A stretch of 64,000 nucleotides of DNA from an uncultured Gammaproteobacteria bacterium (GTDB lineage Bacteria > Pseudomonadota > Gammaproteobacteria > UBA9214). A program made the translations under genes and the position numbers. The DNA is taken from the NCBI GenBank assembly GCA_963748215.1, contig CAVVHS010000009.1, positions 96,001 to 160,000 on the forward strand. The letters run 5' to 3'. Numbering within the stretch: position 1 is the stretch's first letter; every line of letters starts with the position of its first letter. Shown piece by piece: positions 58,445 to 64,000 of the stretch. The notes beneath the pieces are model-generated. The model saw nothing but the letters and a program-made list of their open reading frames with translations, made no database searches and had not been told where the DNA came from.

Positions 58445-59341
58445 TCAGTGCCAGGCCGCGTAGAAGCCGGCGCCGGTCAGGGTCAGCAGCCCGAACAGGC
58501 CGGACGCCAGTGCCAGGCGGTGGCGCGAGGGCCGTATGTCATCGGTGTCCACCGCTGCCTTGCGAATATGGACAGCATCGATGCAGCGGTCGCCGCGCCC
58601 GAAGGCGGACAGCATGGCCTTGTGGGCAAGGATGTTGATCAGTCGGGGAATCCCCCGGCTGCTTCGATGCAGCAGCTTCAGTGCCCGCGGGGTAAACAGC
58701 GGCACGCCGCGGTAGCCTGCCACCATCAGGCGATGCTGCAGGTAAACAGTGAGTTCGTGGGGTGCCAGCGGCTTGAGCCGGTAGCTGAACAGGATCCGCT
58801 GACGCAACTGGCGCAGGTGTTCCTGTTGCAGGCGGGCGTCGAGTTCCGGTTGTCCGAACAATACCACCTGCAGCAGCTTGGTTTTCTCGGTTTCCAGATT
58901 GGAGAGCAGGCGCAGTGCCTCCATGCTGTCATCGGGCAGGGCCTGCGCCTCGTCCAGCAGCAGCACGACCTGCCTGCCGCCGGCATGCAGCTGTATGAGC
59001 CGCTCGTTGATGAGTTCGAGCAGGCGTGGCTGGCCGATATTGCGCGCATATTCGATGCCCAGTTCGCTGGCCAGTGCCATGCGCAGCGCCACCGGGTTGA
59101 TGAACGGGTTGGGAATGTAGGCCGTGACGAAACCTTCGCCGAACGAATTCAGCAGTTTTCTGCACAGCAGTGTCTTGCCGGTGCCGACCTCGCCGGTGAC
59201 CTTGATGAAGCCCTCGCCGGAGTGCAGGGCATACTGCAGCACGTTCAGTGCATCCCTGTGGCTACCGTGATCGAGAAAGAACTCCGTGTCCGGCGTGATG
59301 GTGAACGGCTGCTGTTCCAGTCCGAAGTGTTCAAGGTACAT
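58445..59341 (-). CDS. mshM: ExeA-family AAA ATPase MshM
   Basis: MYLEHFGL...PF.ITPDT, GEVGTGKT, LDEAQ, GIPRLINIL. Confidence 0.93.
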   Translation of the reverse strand: MYLEHFGLEQQPFTITPDTEFFLDHGSHRDALNVLQYALHSGEGFIKVTGEVGTGKTLLCRKLLNSFGEGFVTAYIPNPFINPVALRMALASELGIEYARNIGQPRLLELINERLIQLHAGGRQVVLLLDEAQALPDDSMEALRLLSNLETEKTKLLQVVLFGQPELDARLQQEHLRQLRQRILFSYRLKPLAPHELTVYLQHRLMVAGYRGVPLFTPRALKLLHRSSRGIPRLINILAHKAMLSAFGRGDRCIDAVHIRKAAVDTDDIRPSRHRLALASGLFGLLTLTGAGFYAAWH

Positions 59342-59366
59342 GGCTAGACTCCAGTGGCAGCGGCGC

Positions 59367-61112
59367 TCAGCGGCCGGTGCCGTCCATGGTTCTGAGGTTG
59401 CGGAAGCGGTCCGCGGTATTGCGCAATTGCCCGTTCCATTGCTGGTCGCTGTTGATGACTATAGGACGCAGCAGGATGACCAGCTCGCTCTTGCCGGCTA
59501 CCTCGCGGTGGTGGCGGAACATGTTGCCGATTATCGGTGCGTCCCCGAGCAGCGGCGTGCGCGACTCCTCGTCACGCAATGCGTTCTTCATCAGCCCGCC
59601 CAGCACCACGACCTGGCCACTGCGTGCACGGATCACCGAGTCCGACTCGCGGATTGTGCTCAGTGCCAGCGGGATCGACAGGTCACTGTCGCTGGAGACC
59701 TGGATATTCTTGGTCTTCTCCATTACTTCGCTGATGGCCGGGTGAATGTGCAGGATGACATTGTCGTCCGCGTCGATCTGGGGCAGCACATCGAGTGCGA
59801 CACCGGAGAAGAACGGCGTCAGGGTAACGTTCACATTCGTGTTGCCGAATCCATTGGTGATTTCGGTGTCGGTATCGACATCGGTGACGAAATACTCGTC
59901 CTGGCCGACCTTGATCACGGCCTTCTGGTTGTTGACGGTCGAGATGCGCGGGCTGGATAGCACCTGCACGTCACCCTGGGTCTTGAGCAATTCGATCAGG
60001 GCATTGAAGTCCTTCAGGTTCGCATCAATGGTGAAGATGCCGCCGAAGGCGGTCGTGTCGAAGCCGGTGACCTGGGTGCCACGCACCAGCGGCACAACGG
60101 TGCCGGCCAGCGCGGACGCCCCGCTGTCGAATACGGTGCCGCCGCCTGAGTGGCCGAACAGGATCGACTTGTCATCGCCGAACTCGATCAGCGCATTCCA
60201 GTTGATGCCAGCCTGAAACTTGTCGTTCAGTGAGACCTCGATGACCTTGGCCTCGAGGATTACCAGGCGGTGCGCCACGTTCTCGATGGTGTTGAGATAG
60301 TCCTGCACGTCACGCAATTCCTCCGGCAGGGCATGGACGACAATGACGCCGGTCTGCGGATGCACGACCACCTTGCGGCCGTCTTCCTTGCCCACGATGA
60401 GGTTCAGCGAATCCTGCAGGTCTTTCCAGAAATCAGATGCGGAGTCTGTCCTGACCTCGCTGCCGGAAACGCTGGAGCTCTGTCCGCCACCGGCAGCCGG
60501 TGTGCCAGCGGCCGAAACTGGCTGGGTATCAGAGCCGGATTTACTGACCTCGCCGGAGCTGACACTGGTGCGTGAGGTGCCGTCACGGACAATATCCAGA
60601 TAATCAACGGTGAAGACCTGGGTGCGCATGCTGGCCGGATACACCTGGAAGGTGTTGCCCTGGCGGCGGTAACGATAGCCGTACACGTCACGCACCGTGG
60701 TCAACACCTCCTCCAGCGTGACATCGCGCAGGCTGATGGATATTTTTCCGCTCACCTCCGGGTGCACCACCATGTTGAGGTGCGTGCCCTTCACCAGGCT
60801 CATGAAGAATTCCGGTGCCTGCGTGGCCTTGACGGAGATATCGAAGTGCGGTTCGATATCCGGGACCAGGCCGGCAATATCGGTGCTCATCTGCGGCAGT
60901 AGCGCGGCGGCCACTTCAGGCGGCGGGGCGACGGGCGCTGCGGCGCTGTCGGGAGGCGTGCTTTCCTGCAAGGCCTCCGCGATGGGCGCCATGTTCTCGG
61001 GCCGGAATGTCGGTGCCGTGGAGCAAGCGGCAAGCAGGGCAGCAATCAGTCCGCTGATTATCTGGCGACGCAGCTGTGTGATAGTAGGCATGGTGATATA
61101 TCCATATTTCAC
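59367..61112 (-). CDS. mshL: MSHA secretin MshL
   Basis: Lipobox LLAAC, STN domain, VLSSPRI.T.NNQKAVIKVG, TPFFSG.ALDV.PQI, KSELVILLRP. Confidence 0.94.
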   Translation of the reverse strand: MKYGYITMPTITQLRRQIISGLIAALLAACSTAPTFRPENMAPIAEALQESTPPDSAAAPVAPPPEVAAALLPQMSTDIAGLVPDIEPHFDISVKATQAPEFFMSLVKGTHLNMVVHPEVSGKISISLRDVTLEEVLTTVRDVYGYRYRRQGNTFQVYPASMRTQVFTVDYLDIVRDGTSRTSVSSGEVSKSGSDTQPVSAAGTPAAGGGQSSSVSGSEVRTDSASDFWKDLQDSLNLIVGKEDGRKVVVHPQTGVIVVHALPEELRDVQDYLNTIENVAHRLVILEAKVIEVSLNDKFQAGINWNALIEFGDDKSILFGHSGGGTVFDSGASALAGTVVPLVRGTQVTGFDTTAFGGIFTIDANLKDFNALIELLKTQGDVQVLSSPRISTVNNQKAVIKVGQDEYFVTDVDTDTEITNGFGNTNVNVTLTPFFSGVALDVLPQIDADDNVILHIHPAISEVMEKTKNIQVSSDSDLSIPLALSTIRESDSVIRARSGQVVVLGGLMKNALRDEESRTPLLGDAPIIGNMFRHHREVAGKSELVILLRPIVINSDQQWNGQLRNTADRFRNLRTMDGTGR

Positions 61113-61450
61113 GGTTGTTTTTTCACGATGTCCGGCAGCAGTTGCAGGGTAATGCGTCTGCCGTCAGCCTGAATCAGTACATCAAGTTTGCGTATTTCGA
61201 TAATCCTTGCGCCGTCCACCGACTCGCCCTCGCTGACCCGCTTGCCGTTGATTACGGCAACGCGGCGGTCGGGTGCCACCAGTGTCGAATCGAGCGTCCA
61301 GCCGCGCCGGGACTCGCTCGCGTGTGCCGCTGCGGCCTGGCCGTAGCTGGCGGGCCGGGTCGGATCGATGAGCGCACTGCCGGGCAGGGGCAGCGCTGCC
61401 AGCGTCGCATACAGTGCCAGTGCAATTCGGGTTCCGGTCCTCAGTGACAT
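61109..61450 (-). CDS. mshK: MSHA biogenesis protein MshK
   Basis: Signal peptide, DPTRP, AVING...GE. Confidence 0.85.
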   Translation of the reverse strand: MSLRTGTRIALALYATLAALPLPGSALIDPTRPASYGQAAAAHASESRRGWTLDSTLVAPDRRVAVINGKRVSEGESVDGARIIEIRKLDVLIQADGRRITLQLLPDIVKKQP

Positions 61451-61457
61451 GACGGCA

Positions 61458-62096
61458 TCATCCTTCCAGCAGACCCAGGGTATAGATATCGATCGTGATG
61501 CGCGCCTTCGGGTATTCGGTGATCTCGAATGTCACACCCTTCCAGAAAAAATTCCACGGCAGCGCCTCCAGCGCGCGCAGGTAGTTCAGCGTCGACAGGT
61601 AACCGCCTTCCAGCTGCAGTTCCAGTTCGTAGCGACCAATGCCGGCAACCGGCACGCTTTCTCCTGTGTCGGTTGCCGTTGCCATGAGTGGCTCCGAGCT
61701 GGCATTGACTGCCTGCAGGGTCAGCCCGGCCTCCTGGGCAAGGACCTGTTCGAGGATGCTCGCCGCCTGGTCGGGTGCAAGCATGCCGCCAAGTCGCGAC
61801 TGCAGCTGTAAGCCCAGCTCGTCCAGCTGTGCCTGCAGCCGGCCGAGCTGCATTGCCGGGTCGTTTCCCGCTGCACCACCCAGCTGGCCGGTGCGAGTGC
61901 GCAGCACCTCCAGTTGCATTTCCTGGTCGGTGATATTCTGTTGCAGCTCCTGCTGTTGCCTGAATACGGGTTGCAATCCAAAGCTGTCCACCAGGAAAAA
62001 CAGCACCACCAGGCAGGCGATCAGCAGCAGCACGCGCTCGCGCAGCTGCAATGTGTCAACGCGTGTCGCCAGCTGCTGATATCGCGCCGTAATCAA
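61458..62096 (-). CDS. mshJ: MSHA biogenesis protein MshJ (PilO-like)
   Basis: LRERVLL, LEGGY...YL..LE.LPW.FFW, YP......YTL. Confidence 0.88.
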   Translation of the reverse strand: MITARYQQLATRVDTLQLRERVLLLIACLVVLFFLVDSFGLQPVFRQQQELQQNITDQEMQLEVLRTRTGQLGGAAGNDPAMQLGRLQAQLDELGLQLQSRLGGMLAPDQAASILEQVLAQEAGLTLQAVNASSEPLMATATDTGESVPVAGIGRYELELQLEGGYLSTLNYLRALEALPWNFFWKGVTFEITEYPKARITIDIYTLGLLEG

Positions 62097-62695
62097 TGCA
62101 GTTCATCCTGCGCGCTGTAACTGAGTCTGAAATCGATTTCCGCCTGGTCGGGTTGCGGCCGCGTCATGCTGACGGTGCCGTTGTTCAGCATGGCGAGCCG
62201 TGGCTGCTGCGTCATCAGCTGCAGGTAGCGGGGCACCAGCTTCGGGTCCAGTGTGGTGCCGCGTATTTCGGTATTGCCATTCTGGTCCAGCTCGACAGCC
62301 GTGAGCCACAGCCCCGGCACATCCTGCCGCGCCAGCGTTTCGAATATCTCGCCAAAACCACCCGCAGTATCAATGGCGAGCCGGTCGATGCGCTCCAGCA
62401 GCGCCGTGCGCTCGCTGATCTGTTCCTGCAGCGTGGCAATGCCGTTGCCGGCGGCTGCGATTGCAGCGGATCCACTGTCAGCTTCCAGCGCAACCAGCCT
62501 GGCATCGAGCTGCCGGTAGTTCCCGGTCAGGTCCGCAGAGGTGCGCTGCAGGCCGTGCAGCGTCCAGCGCGCATGCAGGTGGACGCCCAGCAGCAGGACG
62601 GTTGCCATGACCAGGATCATCAGCAGCGTGGCTGCCGAAAAAATCTTGCGCTGCCGCCGGAAGACGGGCTGGTACATGTTGATCTGCTGGTACAT
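62093..62695 (-). CDS. mshI: MSHA biogenesis PilN-like protein (MshI C-terminal part)
   Basis: QQINMY, TM, coiled coil, GLWLT, VPRYL; first gene of the operon. Confidence 0.8.
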   Translation of the reverse strand: MYQQINMYQPVFRRQRKIFSAATLLMILVMATVLLLGVHLHARWTLHGLQRTSADLTGNYRQLDARLVALEADSGSAAIAAAGNGIATLQEQISERTALLERIDRLAIDTAGGFGEIFETLARQDVPGLWLTAVELDQNGNTEIRGTTLDPKLVPRYLQLMTQQPRLAMLNNGTVSMTRPQPDQAEIDFRLSYSAQDELH

Positions 62696-62834
62696 GGCTT
62701 GCCTGTCTTGCAGTACGCCTCCGTGTCTCGTTATGCCGATCCGTGTCGTCCCACGGCCTGCGTCCGCGCGGTAGTGCAGTCAGGCGCCGGACGTCTCGAT
62801 CGGGCGGGTGGTAATGCATCCCTGCCTATCAACA

Positions 62835-62850
62835 AGCAAATACCTTGCCA
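62835..62850 (-). promoter_or_regulatory. sigma54 promoter for the msh operon
   Basis: TGGCAA-GGTAT-TTGCT on the minus strand with AT-rich upstream DNA. Confidence 0.7.
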
Positions 62851-63019
62851 GAATAATATCTGTATGAAATACAAGGAAATATAATTATGCAGCGACGGCG
62901 TGACCGGCAATTGACGTTATTCCGGCCAGATTATCGACAGAATTATGACGCAGGGATGCCGGCCCGGGCCGTGCGCTTGCCAGGGCGCGGCCACACCACG
63001 GGGCGAGCGGAAGGCGGGG

Positions 63020-63436
63020 TCAGCGTCGGCTGCGACGCGACAGGGAGTAGCCGGTCATGTCCGCGGTGAGTTGTTCGCAGGGTATGGCCTGCAGGGTGTC
63101 GAAACGCTTCACGGCGGCGGTCACCAGGGCATCGATATCCTCGATCCGGCCGGCTTCTGCCGGGGTTGCCTGCGTGATCCGTTGCAGGCCGAGCAGGCCG
63201 CCGAACTGAATCTTGACCAGGACACTGTGCGGAATCTGCGTCAGGTCGTCCTCGACGTCGAAGGCCGTGAGGCCGGCATCTTTCATCTGTCCGAACAGCT
63301 GCAGACAGCGGGCATGGGACGCCGGGTCCCGGCAAGTAAATTCAGTGCCCCCGCGCCGGATGACGCGCTCGGCGCGGATGCAGCCAAAGGTCTCCCTGGC
63401 CAGGGTTGCGCTGAAAGGGCATATCAGGTCCTGCAT
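63020..63436 (-). CDS. Hypothetical Cys-containing protein
   Basis: 138 aa from ATG 63436; CPF...C...C...C and PHS..KIQFGGLLGL. Confidence 0.65.
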   Translation of the reverse strand: MQDLICPFSATLARETFGCIRAERVIRRGGTEFTCRDPASHARCLQLFGQMKDAGLTAFDVEDDLTQIPHSVLVKIQFGGLLGLQRITQATPAEAGRIEDIDALVTAAVKRFDTLQAIPCEQLTADMTGYSLSRRSRR

Positions 63437-63575
63437 GGTGAGAGTCCTGCTGGCTGTGAAAAGCGGATAAGTGCAATTAATAAACTGCCAATCAGTCGTT
63501 TGCAAGCATGTGATTGATGTTGCGTGGCTGATGGGTGATGATGAAAATATCATATTCCGAATTCAATCATGCATC

Positions 63576-63926
63576 ATGGAAAACAAACCGGTCATCAGTA
63601 CAGCAATCCCGAAGCGACGCTACCGGCTCGGCGAATTCACGCTGACCGTGCTCGGAGACATTGAAAGCAGCGACGGTATCGACTATCAGTATATTATGGC
63701 GGTGATACAGGGCCAGGATCGGGAGCCGGGTATGTATATCACTGCCGAGCGTCCGGACAGCCCGGGTTCCAGAGATCTGTCGATGAGGCTGGTGATGCGT
63801 GACGGGGCCGAGGTCATCGGAAATTCGGATCAGTGGGTCAGCCTGGACATGTTTACCGGGGAGGCAATCGACATTGTCTCGAGGGTTCTGAGCCTTTCGG
63901 ACGAAACGCCATACCAGCTCCTGTAA
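63576..63926 (+). CDS. Hypothetical protein
   Basis: 116-aa ORF with protein-like composition (TAIPKRRYRLGEF...LGDIES). Confidence 0.7.
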   Translation: MENKPVISTAIPKRRYRLGEFTLTVLGDIESSDGIDYQYIMAVIQGQDREPGMYITAERPDSPGSRDLSMRLVMRDGAEVIGNSDQWVSLDMFTGEAIDIVSRVLSLSDETPYQLL

Positions 63927-63950
63927 CACCAACAACAAGAGGAGAGTGCC

Positions 63951-64000
63951 ATGTCACACAGGATCGCAACACGGGTGGTACCCGCTATCATTCTGCTCAC
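63951..64000 (+). CDS. 5' end of a probable secreted protein (runs off the window)
   Basis: RBS AGGAGAG, then ATG and signal-peptide-like MSHRIATRVVPAIILL. Confidence 0.5.
   Translation, partial: MSHRIATRVVPAIILL

Overview
GC-rich gammaproteobacterial chromosomal segment devoted to motility and surface appendages. Positions 1-43.9 kb hold a nearly complete polar-flagellum locus: fliF-L, fliM-R, flhBAFG, PomAB-type stator, flgNMA and flgB-L. fliE, fliA, fliC/D/S and che genes are not in the window. An opposite-strand, sigma54-driven island of sulfotransferase, methyltransferase and glycosyltransferase genes splits fliL from fliM, and a degenerate copy of the fliL promoter and 5' end sits in front of fliM. 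A c-di-GMP module (HDOD-GGDEF, stand-alone MshEN-like repeat protein, STAS) and several sigma28-type accessory genes are embedded in the locus. At 43.9-48.5 kb a hybrid sensor kinase and a REC-ANTAR regulator lie upstream of a non-coding array of three ~103-nt-spaced GGA-hairpin repeats (candidate Csr/Rsm-like RNA). Positions 49.7-62.7 kb carry an MSHA type IV pilus cluster whose MshP/PilX-like pilin has an inserted 7-repeat beta-propeller. Composite REP/nonamer/heptamer repeats occur at four intergenic sites. Two genes (SPOR protein, major pilin) have small frameshifts that may be assembly indels. All calls rest on motif recognition and gene order; no searches were run.
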